A model generated the notes under the pieces. It was not told where the DNA came from. It did no database searches and saw nothing but the letters and a program-made list of their open reading frames with translations. This document shows, one piece after another, positions 38,854 to 51,271 of a DNA stretch of 64,000 bases. The DNA is from the human T2T-CHM13v2.0 reference genome, Homo sapiens: the NCBI RefSeq assembly GCF_009914755.1, contig NC_060933.1; one strand, given 5' to 3'. How positions within the stretch are numbered: position 1 is the first letter of the stretch; every line of letters starts with the position of its first letter. A program made the translations under genes and the position numbers.

Positions 38854-41800
38854 CAAGCCCACCCCTTGTGAACTTGAACCCACACACATCTCCTGAGATC
38901 ATACATAATCTTAAAATACAGACAATAGTAAGGTCATAATTACCCCTAACATAATAAACTATCCTTCCTACAACTGGAAATGCACCCATCCCCAACCCAA
39001 ATACTCTTACATAAAGTAAACAATACTTAAATGCTGATATGAGGTCAGCAAATCTATGTCACCTGATAAAGAAAAGGGAAATGAAATGAAGATATTTTCT
39101 TAGTACAAGTGCATACATGCACAAACATGTTTTTAACAAAAGAAGGAAATACTCATGATAGTTCCAGTCCTCATTTCTGCAGCTGGTCAGGTGGTTGTAG
39201 CTGGTATTGATAACTACTTTATTCCACTATTCATTCTGTATTCCCTTTGCCTTCAGCAAGCACCTCAGCAGGTTGTGACCCGGAGAGGATCTGGACCGTT
39301 TGTAGTCCTACCTGGATTGGGTATAGTTTCCCATTTACCTTAATCAGAGTGCATGATAATACCAAGAGACGCCCTAATGGATCTCCTATATTCCATGCAT
39401 ACTCTTCCTCACTTCCATTGTGGAGTAGCGGACTGACTTCATCTTGATAGTCTGGGTCAATCACTGCCGCCAACACTGTAACTCCATTATTAGCTTGTTG
39501 ACTTAAAGGTAGGAGGACCCCAAAGCATCCAAGTGGCCATCTTAACTTCCAGTTTAATGGAATCGTTATTGTGTCTCCTGGTAGCAGCGTTCTTCCCTCT
39601 GGAGTTAAGATGACTAGTAAAGCAGAACGTAATGTCGTGGGAACAGAAAGCAAACATTTTGCTAGTGCATCATAGTGAGTGGTTCCACTTTCACATCCAC
39701 CCCTTGAATCCTGGATCTGTGAATCCTGGCTATGGGAGAAACAATACCATACATTGGGCGCTGATTCAGAGCACACATGGTCTTCTGGAGTATGGTGTCC
39801 CGGCCCGGCAAAGTATTGCAACCTAGTTGATGTTGTAATCGCGACCTCAAAAGGCCGTCCCACCATTCTATCAATCCAGCTGCTTCAGGAAGATGGGGAA
39901 TATGGTAAGACCAGTGAATTCCGTGAGCATGAGCCCACTGCCTCACTTCTTTACCTGTAAAGTGAGTGCTTGGTCAAAGGTAATGCTGTGTGGAATACCG
40001 TGATAGTGGATAAGGCATTCCTTGAGTCCATAAATGGTAGTCTTGGCAGAAGCATTGCATGCAGGTAGGCAAACCCATATCCTGAGTAAGTGCCTGTTCC
40101 AATGAGGACAAACCTCTCTCCTTTCCATGGTGGAAGAGTTCCAATATGATCAACCTGCTACCGGGTAGCTGGTCGATCACCCCAGGAAATGATGCCATAC
40201 AAAGGGTTCACTGTTAGTCTCTGCTGCTGCTGGCAAATTGGGCACTCAGCAGTGGCCACAGACAGTTCAGCCTTGGTGAGTGGAAGTCCACATTGCTGAA
40301 TCCATGCATAACCTCCATCCCTGCCACCATGGCCACTATGTTCATGGGCTTATTGGACAATGACAGGGGTGTCTGAGGAAAGAGGCTGAGTGGTATGCAC
40401 AGAACGGGTCATCTTATCCACTTGATTATCAAAATCCTCCTCTGCTGAAGTCACTTGTTGGTCAACACTCACACAGGGTACAAATATCTTCAGTTTTTGA
40501 CCACTCAGAGAGGTCCATCTACATACTCTTTCTCCAAGTTTCTTTGTCACCAATTTTCCAATCATGCTTCTTCCAAGTCCCTGACCATCCAGCCAAACCA
40601 TTGGCTACAGCCCATGAATCAGTATATAACCGCACATCTGGAAATTTCTCCTTCCATGCAAAGTGCACAATCAGGTGCACTGCTCAATGTTCTGCCCACT
40701 GGGAAGATTGTCCTTCACCACTGTCCTTCAGGGATGTCCTAGAAAGGGGCTGTAGTGCTTCGGCTGTCCACTTTTGGGCAGTACCTGCCTATTGTGGAGA
40801 ACCATCTGTGAACCAGGCCCTAGTCCTCCCTTCCTGTGTCAACTGCTCAAAGGCAAGTCCCCATGAGGTCATCAGTGCAGGCCATGGGAGAGAAGGCAGG
40901 GTGGCAGGAGTAGAGACCATGGGCATTTGAGCCACTTCCTCATGTAACTTACTTGTGCCCCCCAGGACCTGCTTGAGCCCAATCACTTATACACCATTTC
41001 CATTTGATGATGGAATGCTGCTGTGCATGACCCACTTTATGGCTACATGAGTCAGAAAGCACCCAGTTCACGATAGGCAGTTCAGGTCGCATAGTGACTT
41101 GTTGACTCATAGTCAAATGTTCAGTTTCCACAAAAGCCCAGTATAGGACAAGAGCTGTCTCTCAAAAGGAGAGTAGTTAACTGGAGAAGATGACCGGGCC
41201 TTGCTGCAAAATACTAGAGGCCTCCACCATGATTCACCTATGGAGGCCTGCCAAAGCCTCAAAGCAGCATTCCTATCTGCCATGGACACCTCAGGGGGAC
41301 CCAGCCTCCCCTTCATTCAAGGGGTTCTGGGTCTGTAAACTGGCTCAAGGCTGGAAATTGATTGAGGGGCCATGAATCTCTGTTTTTATGATTCCAGTTA
41401 GTCTTTTATCTGTTTGACCTTAAGTTTCCTCCTTACATAAATTAAGTAGGAATGCATTAGTCTTCCTGTCAGTTTCACTTCCAGGAACACTGTGATTAGT
41501 TAGCCAATGCCAGAGCTCTACATGAGTCAGACCGTTCAGATTGCTGCTTTGTCTTTTCTGTCCATTACGGTACCTATGCCCACCGTGCCTTTGAGGGTTG
41601 AGTGCTACCACTTGGCCCCTGCCACTTCAGGATCCAATTATTCCAAATTGTATTTAACTTTTGTAACTGAGTGACTGCAGTTCTCACCATTAGATCTGAC
41701 ATACAGAGAAGAGCCTTTACAGGGCTCTTCAAAGATGCAGGTGCTGTCCTCACAAATCTATTTTGCAAGGTGTTTGTCAAGGGTATTAGGTACAGAGTCA

Positions 41801-42039
41801 CTAAACTCCTTGCCTCTCATGAGCGATGATTCATTAGTGTCAAATGAATTTGTTTTGCGTAGCTCTTTAAACCTTTCATGCCAAGAACTGTCAATATTCT
41901 CTACACTATTAAAAGTAGAGTCCTTAGCATTTTGGGATCTAATCATATTTAGCAGCCAAATCCAGAAACCCCAAAACCAACAAAAGAACTCCAACCTTAA
42001 TATTCTGATCCTGCAGAACCATTCCTGGTACCAAAATCT
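38854..42039 (-). mobile_element. HERV-L internal region, deleted and frameshifted (gag, RNase H, integrase and dUTPase relics)
   Basis: PBS region GATTTTGGTACCAGG directly after the 5' LTR. AWFTDGS (RNase H), WSYHIPHLPEAAGLIEWWDGLL (integrase), IPLNWKLR...GVTVLAAVIDPDYQ (dUTPase). Purine tract next to the 3' LTR. Confidence 0.92.
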
Positions 42040-42078
42040 GTATTAATGAGGGTTCTCTAGAGGGACAGAACTAATAAG

Positions 42079-42114
<36 letters not shown>

Positions 42115-42497
42115 GTTTATTACATATTAACTTACAGGATCACAAGGTCCCACAGTAGGCTGTCTGCAGGCATGAGGAGTGAGGAGTAAGGAGAGCTAGC
42201 TCGAGCCTCAAAACTAAAGAACTTGGAGTCCGATGTTCAAGGGTAGGAAGCATCCAGCACGGGAGAGAGATGTAGGCTGGGAGGCTGGGCCAGACTCAAT
42301 TTTTCACTTTTTTCTGCCTGCTTTATATTCACTGGCAGCTGATTAAATGGTGCCCATAGATTAAGTAGGGGGTCTGCCTTCCCCAGACTACTGACTCAAA
42401 TATTAATCTCCTTTGGCAACACCCTCACAGACACACCCAGGAGCAATGCTTACATCCTTCAATGTAATCAAGTTGACAATCAGTATTAACTATCACA
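42040..42497 (-). mobile_element. MLT2A LTR (5' LTR of HERV-L)
   Basis: gtattaatgagggttctctagagggacagaac...(TA)n...cagtattaactatcaca. Confidence 0.9.
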
Positions 42498-43455
42498 GGA
42501 TTACAGACCTGAGCCATCACACACAGTGTTATTGTATATTTCATACAATATAAAATATTCCTGATTTTCCCATTTTATCTGTGACTTAATAAAGTTTTTC
42601 AGCTATGACCCCAAACTGGTAGTACTTGAAAGCACATTCAAATGTATTTTACAACAATTCATAACTGGCAAAATGTTGAGCCTTGTGGAAAGAGTCACCT
42701 TACTTCCCCGTCAGCTGTCAATTCCCCATCATTACTATCACTTCCGGGAGCACATTTTCCAAAACTCCTTTTCTCTCTATGGTTTCTTTAGAGTTGCTCC
42801 ATGAGGTTACGATAAGTTACAACTAATTACTGTCATGAGATTGGGAAGTCAGAGTGGTGGATTCATGTACACTGACACCTGAAGTAAAACACATGCAGTT
42901 AGGTGTGGACTGGAGAATCACCTGGAGATGTGCTGCAGGCAGCTGAGAGCATCAGCACCCCCAGCCCTGGGCTTCCCAGACAGGACTGAGGATCATCACA
43001 CGGTGTTCAGCACATACCACCAGGGGCAGGTGCATCCTGGCTTCTGAAGTAGCACCTGAGAATCCCCTGTGTCTAGTACCTGCTTCATGAATAACACTCC
43101 ATAGGCTTCGGAAAGACTGTGGTTTAGACTCTAATTTATTCAACTTGAATAATTTCTCCTTGAAATACTGAGAATAGCTTCTCTTTTGCTGTACAAATTC
43201 CAATTATCCCATAACACAGACTCCTCAGCTGGACTTATCTCTCTTCTTTATTCAGTCAGGACAGGCATTGTCACGACTTTTCTGCTGGGGATGAGGGCAA
43301 AAGAGGCTTAGCGTTCAGAGGAACCTCCCTGGCCTCCTCTAGGAAAATCTCCCGATGACTTTCCAAACCTGACTGAGTTTGAGAACTTCCCTCAGCAGAT
43401 AGAGGCACCAGAAGGAGCACTGGGGCAGCCCAGCCTCACACATCTGCTTCCTTGG

Positions 43456-43483
43456 GGTTTATGTTATGACTTGTAACACTGTG
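43456..43483 (-). promoter_or_regulatory. 12-RSS recombination signal of the V-kappa orphon
   Basis: Minus strand reads CACAGTG, 12-bp spacer TTACAAGTCATA, ACATAAACC. Confidence 0.95.
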
Positions 43484-43969
43484 GGAGGGTTACTGTCACT
43501 CTGTTGACAGTAATAAGTTGCAAAATCTTCAGGCTGCAGGCTGCTGATGGTGAGAGTGTAATCTGTCCCAGATCCACTGTCACTGAACCGAGAGGGAATC
43601 CCACTTTGCAGACTGGATGCAGCATAGATCAGGAGCTTAGGAGTTTTCCTTGGTTTCTGCTGATACCAATTTAAATTATTGCTAATGCCCTGACTCGCCC
43701 GGCAAGTGATGGTGACTCTGCCTCCTACAGATGCAGACAGGGAGGATGGAGACTGGGTCATCTGGATGTCACATCTGGCACCTGAAGTTAGAAACATAAA
43801 AACAAATATTCTTGCAATTAATCATGTTATCAGAGGACTTCCCTGAAGTTCCAGACAGTACTGAGCACACTGACCGAGTATAATCCTAGTGTTCTCCTTC
43901 CTTACCTGGCAGCCAGAGCCCCAGGAGCCCCAGGAGCCCCAGGAGCTGAGTGGGGGCCCTCACGTCCGT
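43484..43969 (-). pseudogene. IGKV1OR: Immunoglobulin kappa variable subgroup 1 orphon (leader exon 43906-43969, V exon 43484-43781)
   Basis: Open V region [40 protein letters not shown]...[15 protein letters not shown] with both Cys and the Trp. GT/AG sites intact. Leader begins ACG GAC GTG instead of ATG GAC ATG. The specific orphon cannot be assigned. Confidence 0.95.
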
Positions 43970-44013
43970 GCTGTGTCCTGACTGGGGCTGACTCCTGCAC
44001 CAGGTGTGGCCAG

Positions 44014-44097
44014 CCTATAAGAAGTCTTCAGGGCAGGGGGCTGTGCTCTAGGAACAGGCAAATCAGCAGGGGATGGGGCAGGCTGAGCACAGCTGCA
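44014..44097 (-). promoter_or_regulatory. V-kappa promoter: TATA-like element, mutated octamer and pentadecamer
   Basis: On the minus strand: TTATAGG at ~44014-44020, ATTTGCCT (consensus ATTTGCAT) at 44056-44063, TGCAGCTGTGCTCAG at 44083-44097. Confidence 0.85.
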
Positions 44098-45066
44098 GGG
44101 CTGGCTCATCTCAGTAACTCAGCACACGGGCGCAGTATCCCCAGAGTCCCAGGTCAGACCAGGGCAGCACAGATTTACCTTGAAAGAGTACACTTCTCAT
44201 TGGTGGCCATATGGTTACAGAACATATTTTTGGAGTGAATTTTCAAAATTTTAAATCAACCTAAGACTAGATTAAATAATATATTTATACTTGTATTAAG
44301 AGTGTATAGGAAAGCATCATTTTTGGCAGAAAATTTACAATAAAGTTATAGAGTGTGGGGCTGTCAGAAATTTCAGTTAGTCTCAAAGGAATTTGATGAG
44401 TGTAAAAGTATTTAGTGCTATAATAACAATGTCTCTGTCAGTGTGAAATTGCTTCTTTTTTGAAATGAATATAAAAAGAATTTATCAGAAGCATCTTTAA
44501 TAAATTCAATAGAATTTACTAACAAACTTAAGACATTGTTCCTAGGAGTAAAAGGAAAAACAATTCTCTGAAGATGCACAAAGATGATAATGTGTCACGC
44601 ATAGATCTGCCATTATCCAGAGCTATGGGTCTCTTTAAGACCCAGGGGCTAAATGGGCTGCACCTTATTCTTGGCGTGATGATCCCCATAGTCTATCCCC
44701 TTTCCTGCCTTTGGTATAATTTCTTATGGTTCTCCAGCATGGAGAGCTGACTAGTAATACCAGGTCTCATTATTTCAAAATCTGTTTCACTCGCGGACTA
44801 TAGGAGCCAGGATTAAAATCAACTTGAAGCCCTCTATCAATCTAGGCTCAAATAATCAATTGTTTCAAAGTAGGATGACAAAGGCCACATCCCCTGAGTA
44901 ATGCTCTGAGCTGCGCTCCCCACCAGCCTGTTCCTGGGGTCTCAGGAGCATCTGCCCTAGAGTCTGGCTTTCTGGAGAGCAGGTGAGGGGGGAAAAGCCA
45001 GGTCAGTGAACCTCTCTCCTTAGCGAGGGCAGCTGCTGCCCAATGCATGTTCTTGCCATGCACCAG

Positions 45067-45371
45067 GGCATCGTCCTGACCCAGATGCCAGCCACCTGTC
45101 TCACATCCATTTAGAGAGAATCTCCATCTTCTGCCAAGACACTGCCCATGTAGATGAAAAAGTATTTTGCCTCCAAACATATCTTAAGCACTGATTTGAA
45201 CCTCAATACTTCACACAGATGCCTTTGCCCAGGGCGTGTCGGCCTGGCTCAACAGCAGGGGAAGTGGAGCCAATTACATCAGTGTCAGTGGACTGAGAAA
45301 TACTCCAGGGAGTAGTTCTCATGCACGACTACCAGTGGCCAGACCAAGGTAGTGCAGCCTGTGCACAAACC
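45067..45371 (+). pseudogene. Highly decayed second V-kappa-like relic
   Basis: With one frameshift it reads GIVLTQMPA(T)LSHIHLERISIFC, giving Cys at position 23 and TGC for Trp at position 35 followed by LQ. FR3-like GVSAWLNSRGSGANYISVSGL, CDR3-like MHDYQWP, nonamer-like GCACAAACC at 45363-45371. Confidence 0.72.
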
Positions 45372-45599
45372 TCCTGCTGCTTTTCCAGAGAACTGGATTT
45401 CTGGGAAATGGCTACTGAACAGGCTGCCAGGATCCATATATCCAGATTCAGAGAGATACATCTCTGGATTCAAATGCGCTTTTTCTTTGTGCATAATTTT
45501 AGCAGTCATTGTTACTACGCCTTGGGGATTCTAGTCATTATACTTCAGCTGACTCTCTATGGCCCTTTCTCCCCTTCACTGCTCTGTCTGAACCTGGGG

Positions 45600-45922
45600 A
45601 AGCAGCTCAGGCTGCAAATGAGGCAGACCTCATGGCCTGGAATTAGCATCCCCTAGGACGGCTGTCAATCAGTGATGACAAGGGAGGTGTACACATCCCG
45701 CAGCTCCCTCACCTCTCAGGTGGAATAACAGAGGCATTTTTCCTGTGTTTCTATGTGGGCTTGAGCTCTCGTCATCCTCAGAGGTGGCTCCTTCTGAGGC
45801 ACCTTTCACTTTCCCTTTCCCTCCTCCCCTCCCTTGCTCATTTGCTTGTTTCCCGCCCTTTGTAAATATACTGCCTGCATGCGAATCTTTGGCATCCTTC
45901 TCACTGAGGGGACCCAACCTAA
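45600..45922 (+). mobile_element. Old ERVL (LTR16/LTR33-like) LTR fragment
   Basis: 3' end cctgcatgcgaatctttggcatccttctcactgaggggacccaacctaa. Subfamily uncertain. Confidence 0.45.
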
Positions 45923-46289
45923 TGCATTGGAAAAATCCTCATTCTTGGAGGGCATCATTGGTTTGAATTATTGCCACTTCTCATGCTTTAATGCATAGGG
46001 AAATTCCAAAAATTTAGGAAATCTTTAAATTCCCTTTGCCAATCTTTCTTAGATTCGATTTTAGCAGAGATTCATTTTCTCTAGGTCACAAAATCACAGA
46101 AGCCTTCCACAAATGGCTACACAACATAGAGTCCACATAGAGCAGAGACTCAGAATCTCCCAGGATTTGACATCCACACATCAGACAGTCCTAGATTCTC
46201 AGGTTTTTTCTAGGTCGATCGCCTCGTAAATCTGCCTTGTGATATTTTTATTCTACCTTAGGGGAAGACCATTGTGTGGATGATGAGGG

Positions 46290-46755
46290 TTGTTTGTGGA
46301 ATGAATAATACACCCACTAAAGACATCATTGTCCTAATATCTGGAATCTATGATCATTACTTATGAATATGTCAAAAATAACTTGGCAGACATGGTTGAG
46401 AATTTGGGGGTCAGGAGAGTATCCTGAATGATCTGGGTGAGACCATCATAATCACAAAGGTCCTTATAATAGGGAAGGAGGAAGGTAACAGCCAGAGAGG
46501 ACCTGGGACAACGGACAGGGAAACTGGAGTGATGGAGGAAGGGGCCATGCTGCTAGGAATGTGGGAACATCAGAAAGATGGAATGCTCGATATTGGATTC
46601 TCTCTCTTGAAGCCTAGAATGAATAGAGCCCTATTACTCCTTGATTTTACTTCATTGAGACTTCTGACCTCCAGAAATGTAAGATAATACACTTGTGTTA
46701 TGGGGAGCAGTAAGGTTGTGGTAATTTGTTACGGCAGCAACAGGAAACCAATGCA
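46290..46755 (+). mobile_element. MLT1 (MaLR) LTR
   Basis: tgaataata...aaagacatc...gtcctaat...gacttctgacctccagaa...gtggtaatttgttacggcagcaacaggaaaccaatgca. Confidence 0.85.
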
Positions 46756-47055
46756 AGGGGAAGGGGTGTGTTTTACTTCCCTAGTGTATCACTGTCCTCT
46801 GTTCTCCCAAATAGTTCTGTGTTTTTGTGTTTGCTGTCAATTTCAACAAGAGACAGAAAACATTTTTCTATGAGGAGAGCTAGCACCACAATTCTTCTTA
46901 CGTAGAAAGTGTCTTGAGTAATTCTCTGGGTTAGGTCTTGTACAATCTTGGTATCTGAGAGCCTGGAGGTCATCCCTCACAGCACATGAGAAGAGGAAGG
47001 GGATGCGGGTTTGCTGTTTTAACATTTGTAGGGCAAATTAGATGTACAAGACCCA

Positions 47056-47419
47056 TTATTATTATTATTATTATTATTGTTCTTTAAGTTCTAGGGTACA
47101 TGTGCACAACGTGCAGGTTTGTTACATATGTATACATGAGCCATGTTGGTGTGCTGCACCCATTAACTCATCATTTACATTAGGTGTACCTCCTAATGCT
47201 ATCCCTCCCCCCTCACCCCTCCCCCCACCCCACGACAGGCCCTGGTGTGTGATGTTCCCCTTCCTGTGTCCATGTGTTCTCATTGTTCAATTCCCACCTG
47301 TGAGTGAGAACATGCAGTGATTGGTTTCTTTGTCCTTGTGATAGTTTGCTGAGAATGATGGTTTCCAGCTTCATCCATGTCCCTACAAAGGACATGAACT
47401 CATCCTTTTTTATGGCTGC
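47056..47419 (-). mobile_element. 5'-truncated L1PA 3' end with an (ATT)n tail
   Basis: (att)n, then tttaagttctagggtacatgtgcacaacgtgcagg...ttttttatggctgca. Confidence 0.95.
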
Positions 47420-48214
47420 AAGCGAGGACTGAGTCAGAGAGATGGGGATGGCAGAGGAGACAAAATGTGGTCAGGGCCGTGTAAGATGTGACCCTGCTGC
47501 CATATCTGAAAGAAAGGCTGTTGGTGTTTGTAAAGGCTTTGGGCAAATTGTGCTTTGTAGACAAAACTGTAGAAGGGTCTGGGTTTAAGCTTAGTGTCAG
47601 CGTGATGAGGAGTAGAGGTCGCAGTGAGCTTGTGTTAAGAAATCCACCCTGCACTTCTGGCTTTGTCTCTTTTCTGGTTTTATAGGTGGTGGGTTCCTCT
47701 ATGGAATGAACGTGGCTCTGTGGAAGGAACATAGTTAAGGTCAGACAGACCTAGATTCCAAGTTCAGCTTCAACAACTGCTGACCAAGTGATTTTTATGC
47801 AAATCAGCCATGTGCTGTCATGAACAGTTTCCTCACGTGTGAAATGGGGCACTGAGGATGTGAAGGGGTGTCCTGAGGGTTCCGCCAGCTGATGCACCAT
47901 GAAGTGTACATACATGTATAGACAGACACACACACATACATGAGAAGAGTATCTAGTGTCCCTTTTATGCATTGCATTCTTGAGTAACTCAGAATGTTAT
48001 GTGAGATATTAACAGTCATATGTCATTTTCAACTAAAATTATCAATATTTATCTTATAACTAACAGATGCTTCTCTGTACACTGTAGGTTTCATGTACAT
48101 TTCTTCAATCACAAAATTTTTCACCAATCTATTTACGTCTAGTATCAGAAAGTTAAGCAAGGAGATTGCAAACCAACACAACACCTTTAGTCTGGATTTT
48201 CCCAGAGCCCCATT

Positions 48215-48685
48215 TGTGTTAGTGTCCTCGGGCTACTGTAACAAGTTCTCAAAAATGTGGTAGCTTCAAACAACAGGAATGGAATCTCTCATAGTTCAGA
48301 AGTCCAGATCAGTTTCACTGGGCTAAGATCTTGGAGTCATCAGTACTGGCTCCTTCTGAAGCTCTAGGGAGCAGTCTGATTTAGCTCTTCCAGCTTCTGG
48401 TGGCTTCTCTCTCCCGGGATGTGGACACATCACTGCAATCTCTGTCTCTGTGTTCACACTGCCTTCTCCACTTCAGTCTATGCTAAATGTCTCTCTACCT
48501 CTTGTTTTTATTAGGACACTTGAGTTTGCATTTAAGTCCCAGTTGATTAATCTAAGACCATCTCCCTGTTTCAAGCTCCTTAATTTACACCTGCAAAAGC
48601 TGTTTTCCCAAATGAGATACATGCATAGTCTTCTTGGAATGAAACCTCACTATTTGGGGATGATACTCATTACTACACCATTACA
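48215..48685 (-). mobile_element. MLT1 (MaLR) LTR
   Basis: tgtgttagtgtcctcgggctactgtaacaag...ctctcatagttc...gctccttctgaagctctaggg...taatctaagaccatctcc. Confidence 0.8.
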
Positions 48686-48819
48686 TAACTAGGTCTCAGT
48701 GTTAGTCCTGTACATACATCACAATCTCTTTCTCTCTCTCTCTCTCTCTCTCTCCACACACCCTGGCTTCCTCCTTTTCTCAATGTCATAAATCTCTTCA
48801 ATTCCTTAAGTGTATCCAG

Positions 48820-49677
48820 TGATACCTATAAACAAATAAGCATCTGAGAAAAGTCTCAATCAGTTTAGAAATTTATTTGGTCAAAGTTAAAGAAATATCA
48901 GTGAAACAGCCTCAGGAGGTCTTGAGAACGTGTGTCAAAGGTCGTCGGGCTACAGGTTGGTTTTACACGTTTTAAGGAGACATAAGATATCAATCAATAC
49001 GTGTAAGCTGTACATTGCTTTGATATTGAAAGGCAGGACAGCCCGAAGGAGGGGGGATATTGGGGACTTCCAGGTCATAGGTGGATTCAAAGATTTCATA
49101 GGTGGTTGAAAGAGTTTATCTAATGACCTGTAATCAACACAAGGGAGTTTCTGGGTTTAGAAAAAGGGTTTTGGAGCCAAGGTTGCATCATGCAGATGAA
49201 GCCTCCAGGTAGCAGGCTTCAGAGAGAATAGATTGTAATTGTTTTTTAGTAGACTTAAAAGGTGCCAAACTCTTAGTTAAATCTCTCTGGGTCAGGAAAG
49301 AGACTTAAAAAGGAATCTCTACAGAATTTAGATTTTTCCCACAAGAACCAGCTTTGCAGAGGCATTTTTAAATATATTAAATAACAATATCTTGGGGAAA
49401 ATACTTTGATTTCTCTTAGGACGTGGTATCTGTCACATTGGTATCTTATTGCTATAAAGAGTTTTCTTTGTCAGTCTCAAGGTCTCTGTCTTCATATTAA
49501 AAGCTGGTCAGTTCTGCCTGAATTTTAAAGGGAAGAGGGTAAGTTAAGGCATATCCAATCATCCGTTCCGATCATGGACTGTATTGTATTTCAGGTTGAT
49601 TTTGGTGTGTCCTTGGCTGAGAGGAGGAGTTCATTCAGTTGGTTAGGGAGCTTAGAGTTTCATTTTTGGTTTACACA
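48820..49677 (-). mobile_element. MER4-family (ERV1) solo LTR
   Basis: tctgagaaaagtctcaatcagtttagaaatttattt...cagcctcaggaggtc...atgcagatgaagcctccaggtagcaggcttcagagagaataga...tttttggtttacaca. Confidence 0.85.
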
Positions 49678-51271
49678 CCTATGTCCAGGTAAGAGGGCCT
49701 CACACAGGAGGGCTTGCTCAGAACCTGGCTTGCAGGGCTGCTTACAGACCTTCTATGTCTCCTGTTGTCATGCACAAGGAAGAACACAGCCAATGACAAA
49801 ACTCAGCCATCCGGGGAGAAGCTGTGTCTGCAGAGGACGGTCATGAGCTGTGAGTCTAGAGACCTGTGATTGTCTTCAGGGGCCTGTGGTCCTCGGCTTT
49901 CATAGGAGTTGTGGGGGCATGGCTCAAATAGCATCCACCAGGATTCCAATCAGAATATCTCATTCACAGAAGGCAGTGGGTGATATGACAGCACAGAGGG
50001 ACTCCGTGGGTCCAGCTGCATGGAGCACTCTGGGAGAGTCACTGGCACCCGTGCTAGACAGAGCTTCATTCAACTTCTGGAGCACACGGATTTAGATCTC
50101 TTTACATCATTTTGAAAGACCATTTATCATTCTGAAGGAAACCACTGTAATTAACTAAGGTAACATCTTTAATAGGTAGAAAGAAAAAAGTGACTATTTT
50201 ATTGCCAAGATGATGACAAGAAAAGAAACAAAAATAGCATGAAGGAAAGAGCAACACTAGACTGAGGGCTTTGGGTAAGAGGTTGAGACTTAGTAGTGAA
50301 TGCCCTGGGCCATCTTCTGTCAAAAGGGAGGGACAATCAGCAAAGGGAAATATGCAGTAGAGGCAAAATCTTGGTTAGTAAAAGAATCCTAAGAGAAAAC
50401 AAGAAGTCTCCTTCCTGAGCATCATGTTGGTGTCAGGAAGATGCACATAATCCCCCCATTGCATGTCTTACACTTTTCAGCAATTAGGGCTCAGCATGAA
50501 TTTAGAAGACACCATTCACTTCACAGCAGATGGGGACACAGTCAAGGCAGTGGTGAGAGGCAAGGCTGGGCTTTCAGTCTCAGAGCACAGAGCAGGTTCC
50601 CCACTACTCCGCACCCTGGTGTCTCCTCCCAGATGTTCCAGATGGTCCACCTCATTCTTGCCTTAAGGGCTCCAAGTTGTTAATGGGACAGTAGCCCTCT
50701 TCCTTTCCCAGGGTTTCTAAGAATTTGGCTCTCTTTTGTGTATTGCGGGGTTTGTTTGCCATCTAGAGGCAGGTTTTTGGCATAGCAACTTATAGGCTTT
50801 TTCTACTTGTGATAGCGAAAATAAATACATAAATAAATTCATCATAAATAATAAATGGACTTAATGCATTCAATCTGTAAAAAAATATAAGGTCAGTTTG
50901 AGACCTTAAAAGGAGCCTGATGAGGTTAAAAAGACAAATTACCTTTAGTAAAGAGCAGTTGGAGCAATAGATGATTCTTTAATCAATGACATTTTAGGAG
51001 TAACTATCAAATGGTAAATAAAACTTGAAATAAGATGATAAACTATAATTTTATATGCAAAAAAAATATTTCCAAGAACCATACAAATACATTTTCAGAT
51101 TAAAACAAAAAATGTGGGTTTATCATCATATCCGCTAAATGGAAGATTTCTCAAATGTGTGCTTGGAGCAAAAATAACACTTATCCCTATTTGAAAGTTC
51201 AAGATTTTTGAGCTTTCGAAGAAAACAGCTTTCCCTTCACTCTGTTCCACTCACGCTTCTGAGGATGGCCA

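Noticed and set aside
39231-41994. Coding-competent HERV-L gag/pol/dUTPase
   Set aside because: The motifs are scattered over many short frames, and the internal region is only ~3.2 kb, with protease/RT apparently deleted near 41290.
43459-43797. Functional IGKV1 CDS as called by the ORF track
   Set aside because: The track's Met lies in the intron and the ORF runs through the RSS. The true leader ATGs and the octamer are mutated, and no J or C segments were seen.
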